A stretch of 36,708 bases of DNA from a virus (IMGVR_UViG_3300038797_000104:1-36708), one strand, 5' to 3'; positions 24,199-34,270 are shown, counted from the first letter of the stretch. Translations and numbers: made by a program. Notes: a model not told the origin generated them from the letters alone.

Positions 24199-26270
24199 TG
24201 GCGGATAAATTCCAGCTCAAGGCGTTGATCACCGGCGTCGACAAGCTGTCGCCGATGCTGGGCGGCATCCGGAAAAGGGTCGCGGGCTTTCGTAAGCAAT
24301 TGGAAAGCTCGGGGCTCGGCAAGATCAGTTTCCAAGATGTTTTGCAGGGCGGTGCATTCGCTGCCCCGTTCGTCGCGGGTACCAAAGCGGCGATTGAATT
24401 CGAATCGTCCATGGCCGATGTGAAGAAGGTGGTCGATTTCGCCACGCCCGAGCAGTTCAAGGCCATGGGCAAGGACGTGCTTGATCTATCCGAGAAAATG
24501 CCGATGGCGGCCAGCGGCATCGCCGCGATCGTCGCCGCCGGTGGGCAGGCGGGCTTCGCCGCTGGCGAGTTACGCCAGTTCGCCGAAGATGCCGTGAAGA
24601 TGGGTATCGCGTTTGATCAAACCGCCGAGCAGTCCGGCGAGATGATGGCCAAGTGGCGGACCTCGTTCAAACTCACGCAGCCAGAGGTAGTAAAGCTGGC
24701 TGACCAGATCAACTACCTGAGCAATACCGGTCCATCCTCTGCCGCGCAGATTGCCGATATCGTCACCCGCATTGGCCCCTTGGGGAAAATCGCAGGCTTG
24801 GCATCTGGGCAAATCGCCGCAATGGGCGCGACGCTGGCCGGTGTGGGTGTCCCTAGTGAGGTGGCCGCCACCGGCCTGAAGAACTTCATGCTGGCACTCA
24901 CGAAGGGCAAAGCGGCCACCAAGGAGCAAACTCAGGCCTTCAAGTCGCTGCGCCTGGACGTGCAGAAAGTTTCCGAAGGCATGCAGAAAGATGCCGAGGG
25001 CACGATGATTGATGTCCTCCAGCGCGTTGCGAAAGTAGCGCCTGAGAAACAGGCCGGCTTGCTGACGCAGCTGTTCGGATCTGAATCGGTTACGGCAATT
25101 GCTCCGCTTCTGACGAATCTGGATTTGCTGAAAAAGAGTTTCGGCGACGTTTCGGCAAGCACCAAATTCGCCGGCTCGATGAGCAAGGAATACGAAGCCC
25201 GGTCGGCGACGACGGCGAATGCCATGCAGTTGATGCGCAACCGCGTGACCCGTCTGGGCATTGAGATCGGCAATGCACTTCTGCCGCCTCTCAACGAAAT
25301 CATGACGCTGATGGGACCGATTGTCAGCCAGATATCTGAGTTCGCTGCGGCGAACCCTGGGTTGGTGAAAGGGATCTTGGGTGCAGGTTTGGCCTTTGGT
25401 GTTTTGAAATTGGGTGTGATGGGCGCGATCGTTGCGATGAAACTGTTCGATACGGCGACGAAAATCTCTCCTGTCGGCTTGATCATCCGCGGGCTTGCGC
25501 TGGCGGCTGGCCTGCTCATTGCGAACTGGCAGAAGGTGGCGCCATTCTTCTCGGCGCTCTGGAACCTGATCAAGGCAGTAGCCCTGCGCGCGCAGTTGGC
25601 GTGGGACAAGTTCACCCAGACCAGCCCGGTTCTGGCGAAGAGCCTGATGGGTGCGGCCGCTGGCTTTCTAGCGATGCGTGTTGCCATGCTGGCCGCGACC
25701 GTCGCCGGGAAAATCTTCAGCGCGACGTTGGTTGTGGTGAGGGGCGCGGTGTTGGCCGCAACGGTAGCGACCCGGATATTCAACCTGGTGGCGAAAGCCA
25801 ACCCGTTCGTTCTGATTGCCAGCCTGATCGCCATGGCCGCCGGTGCCCTGATTGCAAACTGGGAGCCGGCGCTGAAGTGGTTCAAGGATGCCTGGGACAA
25901 GATCAGCGGGTGGGTGAAATCGATCATGGGCGCATTCGGCATGGTGGGCGAAGCCGGCATGGACGGGGCGGTGAATAACGCCACCGATGCCGTCAACAAC
26001 CTGACCATGCAGGTGGCACCCGCGCGGGCTGGCAACGGCGACGGCACATTGCTGCGGCCACGGCCGGAGGGTGAGCGCTGGTCACCGCAAGGGGACTCGC
26101 TCGTTCAGAACGCCATGGCCGCCAGTCAGCCAAAGCTGCAGGGCGAACTGGTGATGCGTTTCGAGAATCCGCCGCCGGGCCTTCAGGTCGACAAGCCACA
26201 AACCAATCAGCCGGGGCTGAACATCAAGCCCAATGTAGGCACCCGCACCGTGGGTGTGATGAGGCCATAA
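24198..26270 (+). CDS. Tail tape measure protein
   Basis: AIEFESSMADVKKVVDF core; Ala/Gly-rich helical protein of about 690 aa. Confidence 0.93.
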   Translation: MADKFQLKALITGVDKLSPMLGGIRKRVAGFRKQLESSGLGKISFQDVLQGGAFAAPFVAGTKAAIEFESSMADVKKVVDFATPEQFKAMGKDVLDLSEKMPMAASGIAAIVAAGGQAGFAAGELRQFAEDAVKMGIAFDQTAEQSGEMMAKWRTSFKLTQPEVVKLADQINYLSNTGPSSAAQIADIVTRIGPLGKIAGLASGQIAAMGATLAGVGVPSEVAATGLKNFMLALTKGKAATKEQTQAFKSLRLDVQKVSEGMQKDAEGTMIDVLQRVAKVAPEKQAGLLTQLFGSESVTAIAPLLTNLDLLKKSFGDVSASTKFAGSMSKEYEARSATTANAMQLMRNRVTRLGIEIGNALLPPLNEIMTLMGPIVSQISEFAAANPGLVKGILGAGLAFGVLKLGVMGAIVAMKLFDTATKISPVGLIIRGLALAAGLLIANWQKVAPFFSALWNLIKAVALRAQLAWDKFTQTSPVLAKSLMGAAAGFLAMRVAMLAATVAGKIFSATLVVVRGAVLAATVATRIFNLVAKANPFVLIASLIAMAAGALIANWEPALKWFKDAWDKISGWVKSIMGAFGMVGEAGMDGAVNNATDAVNNLTMQVAPARAGNGDGTLLRPRPEGERWSPQGDSLVQNAMAASQPKLQGELVMRFENPPPGLQVDKPQTNQPGLNIKPNVGTRTVGVMRP

Positions 26271-27527
26271 ATGGATCAGACATGGCGTGATCAAATGCTG
26301 CCGGCGTCGTTCCGGGGGATCAGTTTCTTGATCCCTCAGGCTTCGGTGCCGGTCGGCATGAAAGTGCAGCTGCACGAGTTTCCGCAACGTGACGAGCCTT
26401 ACGCTGAACAAATGGGCAAACAGGCGCAGGTTCACCGTCTGGTCTGCTGGATCATCGGTGACGACTGCTTCGAGCGCCGCAATAAATTCATGGAGGCCGT
26501 GCAGACTCCCGGCGCCGGCGAGCTGGTGCACCCTTGGCTGGGCCGCATGCAGGTCAAGGCCGGTGAGGCCGAGCTGACGCACGACTTCAAGCAGGGCGGC
26601 ATGGCGGCGTTCGCGGTGACGTTCTACCCGGACATCCCGCTGAAGTTTCCGACGGCCAAGGTCAACACCCAGCAGCAGGTGGTGAAGGCCTCCGATAGCC
26701 TGCTGGACTCCGCGCTGGCCCGGTACAAGTCGGCGATGGAGAAAGTGGATCAGGCCCGTCTGGGATTGGCCCGTCTACGCAACAGCCTGTCGGGTGTGTA
26801 CACGGTCATCCAGCAGCAATTCTCAACCATCATCGGCGCCTTCACTAACCTGACCGGTTTCGTGCAGTCATTGATGAACGCGCCAGATTCACTGTCGTCG
26901 CTGTTCTCCAGCTACTTCAGCGAATTTTCGGTGGACGATTACCTGGGCGACGACTCTGGTTCGAGCTACAGGAACTCGGTGGCCACCGCTACGCAGCAAA
27001 CCGAGGCCGTGGCCAGCATCAATACCGTCAGTGACTCAGGTGGTGTCGATGCGGCGGCCGCATCCAAAGCCACTGCCAACCTGGTGCAGGACGCTTTGCT
27101 GGTGCAGGTCGCCCTGATCATCAGTGAAATGCCTGTCGCCTCGCAGCCGGTTTCGACGGCCACAGTGGCGTCGGTCGAGCAGCAGGCGGTGCAGCCGATC
27201 GTTCGCCCGGAGGTTCCGGTGGCTGACGATGTCATCGAGCTGCGCGACAACCTCAACGAGGCAATCTTTCAAGCATCGTTGAAGGCGGATCCCGAGCACT
27301 ACATGGTGCTCAACACGCTGCGACAGACCATCGTCAAACACCTGACTGCCGTTGCGGAGTCGGGCGTGCGCCTTGTGGAAATCACGCCGCCGGAAACGTT
27401 GTCTGCGCTGGTGCTGGCGTACCGTCGTTTCGGCGATGCCACTCGCGAATCTGAAGTGGTCCAGCGCAACCGCCTGCGTCACCCCGGGTTCGTCCCGGCT
27501 CGCCCGATCAAAATCGCCCAGAGGTAA
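26271..27527 (+). CDS. Mu gpN-like DNA circularisation/tail protein
   Basis: ASFRGISF, HEFPQRD, GELVHPWLG, C-terminal N.LRHPGFVP. Confidence 0.9.
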   Translation: MDQTWRDQMLPASFRGISFLIPQASVPVGMKVQLHEFPQRDEPYAEQMGKQAQVHRLVCWIIGDDCFERRNKFMEAVQTPGAGELVHPWLGRMQVKAGEAELTHDFKQGGMAAFAVTFYPDIPLKFPTAKVNTQQQVVKASDSLLDSALARYKSAMEKVDQARLGLARLRNSLSGVYTVIQQQFSTIIGAFTNLTGFVQSLMNAPDSLSSLFSSYFSEFSVDDYLGDDSGSSYRNSVATATQQTEAVASINTVSDSGGVDAAAASKATANLVQDALLVQVALIISEMPVASQPVSTATVASVEQQAVQPIVRPEVPVADDVIELRDNLNEAIFQASLKADPEHYMVLNTLRQTIVKHLTAVAESGVRLVEITPPETLSALVLAYRRFGDATRESEVVQRNRLRHPGFVPARPIKIAQR

Positions 27528-27530
27528 CCC

Positions 27531-28643
27531 ATGGAAGATGTCAATGCTGTCAGCCTCACGGTTGACGGTCTGGATTACTTCGGCTGGAAATCGGTAGAGA
27601 TCACCGCCGGGCTTGAGGATCAGGCGCGCTCGTTCACCCTGAACATCACATGGAAGTGGCCCGGCCAGCCATTGCCTTTGCCGATCAAGCAGGGCGCCAA
27701 ATGCCAGGTCAGGATCGGCGACGACCTCGTGCTGACTGGCTGGGTGTTTGCCACGCCGATCAGCTACGACCATCAGCAAATCACCACCAGCGTCAGCGGC
27801 CGCTCCCTCACCGCCGATCTGGTGGACTGCGCAGCCATCAATAAGCCGGGGCAGTGGAACAACCAAAGCGTCCTTTCGATCGTCAGGGCACTGGCGGCGC
27901 CGTACGGCGTGCGTGTGCGCAGCGAGATCCCGGAAGGGGCAAAGCTGTCAGACCACACAATCGAGCCAGGCGAAACCGTTTTCGAATCCATCGACCGCCT
28001 GCTGACGCTGTTCCGTGTGTTCTCCACCGATGACGCCAAGGGCATGGCGGTGCTCGCCAAGCCCGGCAGCGAGGTCCGGGCATTCGATGCGCTGGAAGTC
28101 GGCAACAACATCCTGACCGGTGATGCCGCGCTCGATTTCTCGGCGGTGTTTTCCGAATACCAGGTGCTCGGCCAGAAGAGCGGTACCGACGATGAGTTCG
28201 GCGAGCAGGCGGCCGAGGTTTCGGCGTTGGTGACGGATCCGCGCGTTGGCCGCAAGCGGGTCATGATCATTCAGGAATCCGGCCAGATGACCAACGAGCT
28301 GGCGCAGGCCCGGGCGAATTGGGAGCGCGGCACGCGCATGGGTAAAGCCCTCACCACCAATTACACGGTGCAGGGCTGGCGGCAGTCGAACGGCGCGCTG
28401 TGGAAACACAACTCGCTGGTGCGGGTGATCGATCCAATTGTGGGCTTCGATCGCATCATGCTCATCGCCCGGGTGACTTATACGCTCACCGACAGCGGGC
28501 AGATCACCAAGTTGGAGGTCGGTCCGCCGGACGGCTTCGAGCCGGAACCGCACGACCCGCACAAAGACCGCAAGTTGAAGAAGGGCGGCAAGGCCGACAA
28601 CTTCGAATATCTCATCCCCGCAGACTACGAGCCGAAAAAATGA
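27531..28643 (+). CDS. Baseplate hub (Mu gpP/gp44-like)
   Basis: GWKSVEI, GRSLTADLVDC, VQGWRQ..G.LW. Confidence 0.9.
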   Translation: MEDVNAVSLTVDGLDYFGWKSVEITAGLEDQARSFTLNITWKWPGQPLPLPIKQGAKCQVRIGDDLVLTGWVFATPISYDHQQITTSVSGRSLTADLVDCAAINKPGQWNNQSVLSIVRALAAPYGVRVRSEIPEGAKLSDHTIEPGETVFESIDRLLTLFRVFSTDDAKGMAVLAKPGSEVRAFDALEVGNNILTGDAALDFSAVFSEYQVLGQKSGTDDEFGEQAAEVSALVTDPRVGRKRVMIIQESGQMTNELAQARANWERGTRMGKALTTNYTVQGWRQSNGALWKHNSLVRVIDPIVGFDRIMLIARVTYTLTDSGQITKLEVGPPDGFEPEPHDPHKDRKLKKGGKADNFEYLIPADYEPKK

Positions 28644-29146
28644 GCCTGAAAAGCATGATGGCGCGCGGCACGGTTGTGCTCGCGGCGGCTGGGAAGATGA
28701 TGCAGACGCTGCAGGTGAGGCTGACTGCCGGCGAACTGAAGGACAACGTCGAGCACTTCGAGCCCTACGGGCTGACCAGCAATCCACAGCCGGGCGCTGA
28801 GGTGCTGACAATGTTCCTCAATGGCGATCGTTCCCACGCCGTTGTCGTGGTTGCCTCAGACCGTCGGTACCGCATCAAGGAATTGGAGCCGGGCGAGGTG
28901 GCGATCTACACAGACGAAGGCGACAAGATCCACTTCAAGCGTGGCCGGATCATAGATATCGAAACGGCCACGCTGAACATCAAGGCGACCACCGCGGTGA
29001 ACTTCGACACGCCGGTCATCAATCAGACCGGGCAGATCGTCTCTACCGGTGATCAGGTAGCCGGCGGAGTTAGCCAGATCGAGCACGTCCACACCAACGT
29101 CCTGGCGGGCAATGGCAACAGCGGGCCACCCGCAGCGGGGGCCTGA
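28640..29146 (+). CDS. Baseplate spike (Mu gp45/gpV-like)
   Basis: EPYGLTSNP, GDRSH, GEVAIY, C-terminal HxH. Confidence 0.9.
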   Translation: MSLKSMMARGTVVLAAAGKMMQTLQVRLTAGELKDNVEHFEPYGLTSNPQPGAEVLTMFLNGDRSHAVVVVASDRRYRIKELEPGEVAIYTDEGDKIHFKRGRIIDIETATLNIKATTAVNFDTPVINQTGQIVSTGDQVAGGVSQIEHVHTNVLAGNGNSGPPAAGA

Positions 29147-29544
29147 TGATCTTTTCTGATGATCGTGAATCAGCCCTGACCCGCGCGGTGCTGATCAGTC
29201 TGTTCACCTGGCGCCGAGCGCTGACCGATGACCCCGTAGACGATGAAGAGCTCTTCGGATGGTGGGGCGACAGCTACCCGGATATCGCTGACGACCGCAT
29301 CGGCTCGCGCTTGTGGTTGTTGCGGCGCGTCAAGCTGACTGACGCCACGCAGCGCGATGCGGAGTTCTACGCGAACGAAGCCCTGCGATGGCTCCTCGCT
29401 GACGGACACGTGATCGCGATCGAGATCAGCAGCGAGAAGGTCGACATCAGCCGATTGAACCTGACGGTCATCCTCACGGTTCCCGGCGGCGACCGCATCG
29501 AAATCAAACCCATCTCTTCCTGGCAGGTGATCTATGCCGTTTGA
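29146..29544 (+). CDS. Baseplate protein, Mu gp46-like
   Basis: AVLISLFTWRRA, GWWGD, GSRLWLL. Confidence 0.9.
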   Translation: MIFSDDRESALTRAVLISLFTWRRALTDDPVDDEELFGWWGDSYPDIADDRIGSRLWLLRRVKLTDATQRDAEFYANEALRWLLADGHVIAIEISSEKVDISRLNLTVILTVPGGDRIEIKPISSWQVIYAV

Positions 29545-30571
29545 AACACCTTCACTGCCGGTCCTCATCAGTCGCACGCAAAGCGATCTGGCCAGCGAAG
29601 CGCTACGGCGTTCCGATGCTCAGGTGCTGGCGCGGACCCTGAGCGGCACGGCCTACGGGTTGTACGGCTATCTCGACTGGATCTCCGACCAGATCCTGCC
29701 AGACAAGGCCGACGAGGAAACGCTCGAGCGCATTGCCGCGCTGCGCCTGAATCGTCCACGCAACTCTGCGCAACCAGCGGAAGGCAGCGTCAGTTTCACT
29801 GCGGCCGCTGGTGCGGTGTTGGACATCGATGTGGTGTTGCAGGCAGGTGATGGCCGCATGTATCGCGTCACCGCCGGCGTCACCACGATTGCGGGAGTGA
29901 ATAGCACCACAATTGCGGCGGTGGAGGCGGGATCGCTCGGCAACGCCGATGCGGGCCTTCAGCTGACGCTGGTCCAACCGGTTGCCGGTGTAACCAACGC
30001 GTTCACCGTCATCCCTCCAGGACTGTCCGGTGGCATTGAAATGGAAAGCATCGAATCACTCCGCGCGCGGGTGATCCGGTCATACCGCGTCATCCCTCAC
30101 GGAGGTTCGGCGGATGATTATGAGACTTGGGCCTTGGAGTTTCCCGGCGTCACGCGGGCATGGTGCCGTGGCAATTACCTTGGGCCTGGCACGGTCGGCC
30201 TGTTCGTGATGCGTGACAACGATCCAGTACCAGTGCCGAACCCGGCGCAGCTGCAGGAGATCAAGGATTACATCGAGCCGCTTCGGCCTGTGACGGCTGA
30301 GCTTTACGTTCTGGCCCCAACGCTGAAGCCGGTGCTTTACAGCATCCACCCCGTACCCGACACAACCGCAGTGCGAGCCGCTATCACTGCAAGCCTGAAA
30401 GACCTGCATGAACGCGAGGCGGGCTTGGGTGACAAGCTGTTGATCAGCCACATTCGTGAGGCAATCAGCGGCGCCGCTGGGGAAACCGATCACTCGTTGA
30501 CCGTCCCGTCCGCCGACGTGACCGCTGCTGCCAATGAGCTGCTGACCTTCGGAGGCATCACATGGCTGTAG
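29534..30571 (+). CDS. Baseplate J/gp47-like wedge protein
   Basis: ESIESLRAR, GGSADDYETWA, GPGTV. Confidence 0.92.
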   Translation: MPFETPSLPVLISRTQSDLASEALRRSDAQVLARTLSGTAYGLYGYLDWISDQILPDKADEETLERIAALRLNRPRNSAQPAEGSVSFTAAAGAVLDIDVVLQAGDGRMYRVTAGVTTIAGVNSTTIAAVEAGSLGNADAGLQLTLVQPVAGVTNAFTVIPPGLSGGIEMESIESLRARVIRSYRVIPHGGSADDYETWALEFPGVTRAWCRGNYLGPGTVGLFVMRDNDPVPVPNPAQLQEIKDYIEPLRPVTAELYVLAPTLKPVLYSIHPVPDTTAVRAAITASLKDLHEREAGLGDKLLISHIREAISGAAGETDHSLTVPSADVTAAANELLTFGGITWL

Positions 30572-31161
30572 CGAGAACTGCCGATCAGTACCGTCGCCAG
30601 CTGCGCGGCCTTTTGCCCGCTGGCCCAGCCTGGGATCCCGAACTGGTTCCAGAAATAGACCTGGTGCTGAAGGGTGTCTCTGTTGAATTTTCGCGCCTCG
30701 ATGCCCGAGCCGTGGACCTGCTGAATGAGATGGACCCTTCGGGCGTCAGCGAGTTGGTGCCGGACTGGGAGGCGGTGATGAATCTCCCGGATCCTTGCCT
30801 TGGGCCAAACCCTGCGTTCGAGGATCGACGCTTGGCCGTTCGGCGTCGTCTCGTAGAAGTGGGTGGGCAGAGCCGGGCTTACTTCATTGAGATCGCGGTG
30901 AGCCAAGGCTATCCGCACGCGACCATCACCGAGCACCGAGCACCACGAATGGGGCGTTCCCGTTTCGGATCGGCCCATTTTGGGACTTGGCTAGCACAAT
31001 TCATGTGGACGCTGAATACCGGCGGTCGGCAGCGGCAAGGTCGCCGCTTCGGCGTCAGCTATTGGGGGGAGCGTTTCGGCACCAACCCAGGTGATCCTTT
31101 GGAATGCTCGATTCGCCGGCCGGCACCGGCGCACACCGTCGTACACATCAATTATGACTGA
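30562..31161 (+). CDS. Baseplate protein, Mu gp48/YmfQ-like
   Basis: LLPAGPAW, LVPDWE, GGQSRAYF, PAHT. Confidence 0.88.
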   Translation: MAVARTADQYRRQLRGLLPAGPAWDPELVPEIDLVLKGVSVEFSRLDARAVDLLNEMDPSGVSELVPDWEAVMNLPDPCLGPNPAFEDRRLAVRRRLVEVGGQSRAYFIEIAVSQGYPHATITEHRAPRMGRSRFGSAHFGTWLAQFMWTLNTGGRQRQGRRFGVSYWGERFGTNPGDPLECSIRRPAPAHTVVHINYD

Positions 31162-31172
31162 GAGGTAAAACT

Positions 31173-32477
31173 GTGGATTATCCGATTAGTGTGCCCAGTG
31201 TGGGGTTGGTAGGGGGGAAGTTTGTAGACGAGGATCCGCTGGCTGGCACCCCTGGTTCGTTGATCCCTGCTCAGTGGGGCAATGCGGTCACTGATGAAAT
31301 CCTGAACGTGATTCAGGCAGCTGGGCTCACCCCTGACGAAGTGCAAAATAATCAGTTGCTCGCCGCGATTCGTCTGCTGGACAAACAGCCTGTTCTGTTG
31401 AATGACACAGGTGTTGCAAACGCGTATACGGCGACGAATGCCCCAGCGTTAACTTCTTTGCCTGCTAAAGGTTTTGTGCAGCGCGTCGTTATTGCGAATG
31501 CAAACACGGGGCCGTCAACTTATGCCCCAGATGGACTGGCAGCACGTCCTATTTATGGTCTAGGGCTGCAACCTTTACAGGGAGGCGAACTACCCGCAGG
31601 CATCGCTGTTTTGATGTACTTGGTACAAGCTGGGGTAAACGGTGGCAATGGTGCGTGGGTTCTGATTGAGTCTCTGGGTGGATCGGCTCAGATTGCCTTA
31701 GCGACAAAGAGTATGCATGCACTTCAATTCTCGCAACTATCGGGCGTGGTTGGCTCTGTTCGTAACGCGAAGATGTCGCTGACTGCTGCAAGTGCTCTTG
31801 CGACTTTTACTGCAGATGAAGTAATTGTAGAAACCGCACTCGGCGGGCTGCAATACCGAATTTCCAACTTCAATAAAACAATCAATGTCAGCACAGTCGG
31901 TGCTGGCGGTATGGATACTGGGGTGCCTTCCGCTAGTGGGTTTGTGTCCATCTATGCGATCTATAACCCAACTACACAAGCGTCTGCGCTGCTGGCTTGT
32001 ATACAGCCAGTATCCAATGGTTCGACATATACCGGCGCAAACATGCCTGCAGGCTATACGGCGTCTGCGCTTGTTGCTAGCTGGCCTATCACCGCGGCAT
32101 CGATTCTATCCGTAGGTTTTTTGAGCGACAGAACTGTAGCAATTCCGGCGGTTTCGGTTCTGAATAGTTCGGCGATTGTTAGCTCTCAAGCATCGCTATC
32201 AATCACCAATGCAGTACCTTTGAACGCCAGATCGATTAACGGATATGTATCTGTTAGTTCTACTTCCGCATCGAATCTGGGCGTTACGCTATTCTCATCC
32301 GCATCCGTTACTGGTGGTGCTCAACCTTTCATTTGGGGTTCATGCCCGCCCAATGCATTACAATCGGGTGGATTCTCTGGTTTGCAGATCGCTCTGCAAG
32401 GCGTTATAGGCTACACAACGGCTTCTACCGTAGGAACACCAAACTTTCAGATAAACATTAACTCGTATACCTTCTGA
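31173..32477 (+). CDS. Tail fibre/receptor-binding protein
   Basis: N-terminus MDYPISVPSVGLVGGKF...GSLIPAQWGNAV; Ser/Thr/Gly-rich lower-GC distal part. Confidence 0.85.
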   Translation: MDYPISVPSVGLVGGKFVDEDPLAGTPGSLIPAQWGNAVTDEILNVIQAAGLTPDEVQNNQLLAAIRLLDKQPVLLNDTGVANAYTATNAPALTSLPAKGFVQRVVIANANTGPSTYAPDGLAARPIYGLGLQPLQGGELPAGIAVLMYLVQAGVNGGNGAWVLIESLGGSAQIALATKSMHALQFSQLSGVVGSVRNAKMSLTAASALATFTADEVIVETALGGLQYRISNFNKTINVSTVGAGGMDTGVPSASGFVSIYAIYNPTTQASALLACIQPVSNGSTYTGANMPAGYTASALVASWPITAASILSVGFLSDRTVAIPAVSVLNSSAIVSSQASLSITNAVPLNARSINGYVSVSSTSASNLGVTLFSSASVTGGAQPFIWGSCPPNALQSGGFSGLQIALQGVIGYTTASTVGTPNFQININSYTF

Positions 32478-32484
32478 GGTAAAA

Positions 32485-32715
32485 ATGGGAACTGCATTTG
32501 TTCAGTTTACAGACTCTACGGAGGCGGAAGTTCTTGCAGTGTTTGGGTGTCTCCAAGATCCTTTGGAATATCCCAATCAGCAGGAGATTAGCGCCGACGA
32601 TCCGAGATACGTGAAGTTCATCAGACCCATCAGTCCCGATCCGGTAACTGACCCACTTGAAAAGCTGAAGGCTTTTTTGGCGGCGAATCCCGATGTAGCG
32701 GCCATTTTGGGATAG
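32485..32715 (+). CDS. Small fibre-associated protein (possible fibre chaperone)
   Basis: GAGG RBS; directly after the fibre gene; FVQFTD...DDPRY. Confidence 0.6.
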   Translation: MGTAFVQFTDSTEAEVLAVFGCLQDPLEYPNQQEISADDPRYVKFIRPISPDPVTDPLEKLKAFLAANPDVAAILG

Positions 32716-32816
32716 CGCAATGCGTTTAAAGCCTTGGGCGTCGCCTCGTAAAACGGATATCTATCAGTAGAAGAATGGAAGCCAAAGCGATCTAATTCTA
32801 AAACCGTAATTATCAG

Positions 32817-32843
32817 TCCCCGCCAAGTGCGGGGATTTTTTTT
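32817..32843 (+). terminator. Intrinsic terminator before the endolysin
   Basis: TCCCCGC-CAAGT-GCGGGGA followed by T8. Confidence 0.8.
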
Positions 32844-32857
32844 GCCTGGAGAGAGTC

Positions 32858-33391
32858 ATGCCCATCACCCCACAGCACTTGCTGCAGATCCTCCCAAACG
32901 CCCGCACCCAAGCGGGCGTTTTCGTTTCCGCACTGAACACCGCGATGCAGCATTACCAGATCGTCGGATCCAAGCGCGCGGCTGCGTTCATTGCGCAGAT
33001 TGGCCATGAGTCTGGCCAGTTGCGTTATGTCCGTGAGATCTGGGGGCCGACCGCCGCCCAGCGCGGGTACGAAGGTCGTGAAGACCTGGGCAATACCGTC
33101 CCGGGCGATGGACGGAAGTACTGCGGTCGCGGCCTGATACAAATCACCGGCCGGGCAAACTACGCCAAGTGTGGCGAGGCACTGGGGCTCGATCTGATCA
33201 GCCATCCCGAATTGCTTGAGCTGCCACAGCATGCCGCAATGTCGGCGGCCTGGTTCTGGAAGCAGAAGGGGCTGAACGATTTGGCCGATCGGGACGAGTT
33301 CAACACCATCACTCGACGGATCAACGGCGGGCTGAACGGCTTGGCTGATCGGCTGGCTCTGTGGGAGAAAGCGCGGGCGGTGCTGGCGTGA
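32858..33391 (+). CDS. Endolysin, glycoside hydrolase family 19
   Basis: AAFIAQIGHESG, GRGLIQITGRANY, SAAWFW, TRRINGGLNG. Confidence 0.95.
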   Translation: MPITPQHLLQILPNARTQAGVFVSALNTAMQHYQIVGSKRAAAFIAQIGHESGQLRYVREIWGPTAAQRGYEGREDLGNTVPGDGRKYCGRGLIQITGRANYAKCGEALGLDLISHPELLELPQHAAMSAAWFWKQKGLNDLADRDEFNTITRRINGGLNGLADRLALWEKARAVLA

Positions 33392-33891
33392 GCGTGCCGT
33401 GGCGGTTGATCGGCTTGCTGGCGCTGGCGCTCGCCGGCTTCGGCAGCGCTTGGCAGGTTCAGGACTGGCGCTACGGTCGTCAGATTGCCGAGCAGGCCAG
33501 AGTGAACGACGAGACGCTGGACCAACTTGCCACAGCCGGTGCCGATGCGCAGAAGGCCGAGCAGGATAAGCGTCTGGCGCTCGAGCAGAAGCTGGTGGCC
33601 AGTGAGCAAACCCATTACAGGAAATTGAGCGATGCCCAACGTGACCAAGATCGCCTGCGCGATCGCCTTGCCACTGCTGATCTGCGGCTGTCAGTCCTCA
33701 TCGACGCGGATTCAGCCAGTGGCTGTGACGTGCCAAAAGGCACCGGCGCCGGCGGCGTGGATCATGCAACCGTACGAGCCCGACTTGACCCGGCGCATGC
33801 TCAAAGAATTATCGCCATCACCGACGCAGGCGACCGTGGACTGATCGCGCTGCAGGCGTGCCAGGATTACGTCCGGTCGGTTTCCCGCTGA
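33388..33891 (+). CDS. Rz: Rz-like inner-membrane spanin
   Basis: N-terminal TM segment and coiled coil, ending ALQACQDYVR; GTGA overlap with the endolysin. Confidence 0.9.
   Translation: MSVPWRLIGLLALALAGFGSAWQVQDWRYGRQIAEQARVNDETLDQLATAGADAQKAEQDKRLALEQKLVASEQTHYRKLSDAQRDQDRLRDRLATADLRLSVLIDADSASGCDVPKGTGAGGVDHATVRARLDPAHAQRIIAITDAGDRGLIALQACQDYVRSVSR
33632..33844 (+). CDS. Rz1: Rz1-like outer-membrane lipoprotein spanin embedded in Rz
   Basis: Lipobox LICG-C; Pro-rich; +1 frame fully inside Rz. Confidence 0.85.
   Translation: MPNVTKIACAIALPLLICGCQSSSTRIQPVAVTCQKAPAPAAWIMQPYEPDLTRRMLKELSPSPTQATVD
33794..33865 (+). repeat. Direct repeat copy 1 (Rz 3' end)
   Basis: Aligns without gaps to 35104-35175 (60/72 by hand count; 34/35 in the core 33831-33865). 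Confidence 0.9.
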
Positions 33892-34253
33892 TGGGGGAAA
33901 CGCGACTCGTAGGGATTCTCGCCCTTGAGGATTTGGATTTCTGTAGCCAGGTGAGAGATGTGTTTGTTCTTCGCCATGAGCTCCCAATTGCTTCTGGTCT
34001 CGATATCAATGGCGCGCCGGCGCTCATCTGCCGCCGATGATTCAGCTGCTGCCAACTTTGTGCGCAACGAATCCGTTTCCTGCCTGAGCGCGTCGTTGTC
34101 TTTGACCAGACCGTGGACATTTTCCAGCGCGCGCTGCAGCTTCAGTGTGAGCGCTTCGAATTCGTTTTCGTACATCCTGAGCTGGTGTCGGCAGGTTTCG
34201 ATCGGATTGGGGTTGCCGAGCCAATCGTCAGTGTCTTCTATGAGGTGATCCAC
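33867..34253 (-). CDS. Coiled-coil hypothetical protein, probably SOS-regulated
   Basis: IEDTDDWLGNP N-terminus followed by heptads; TAAGG RBS; LexA box 17 bp upstream. Confidence 0.75.
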   Translation of the reverse strand: MDHLIEDTDDWLGNPNPIETCRHQLRMYENEFEALTLKLQRALENVHGLVKDNDALRQETDSLRTKLAAAESSAADERRRAIDIETRSNWELMAKNKHISHLATEIQILKGENPYESRFPHQRETDRT

Positions 34254-34270
34254 AGGAATGCCTTACTGAA

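Larger units (their letters stand above)
519..33891. mobile_element. Temperate prophage core (lambdoid early region, HK97-type head, Mu-like contractile tail); flanking accessory genes probably belong to it and the att ends were not found
   Basis: Complete ordered module set: int/xis, cI/cro, replication, late activator, terminase, portal, protease, capsid, sheath/tube/baseplate, fibre, endolysin, spanins. Confidence 0.97.

Noticed and set aside
24932-26047. 371-aa minus-strand ORF
   Set aside because: Antisense shadow of the tape measure gene
31173-32810. Diversity-generating retroelement or invertible fibre cassette
   Set aside because: No reverse transcriptase, template repeat, invertase or inverted fibre copy seen
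21081-33891. Stand-alone R-type tailocin
   Set aside because: Intact head, packaging, replication and integration genes are present, so this is a prophage
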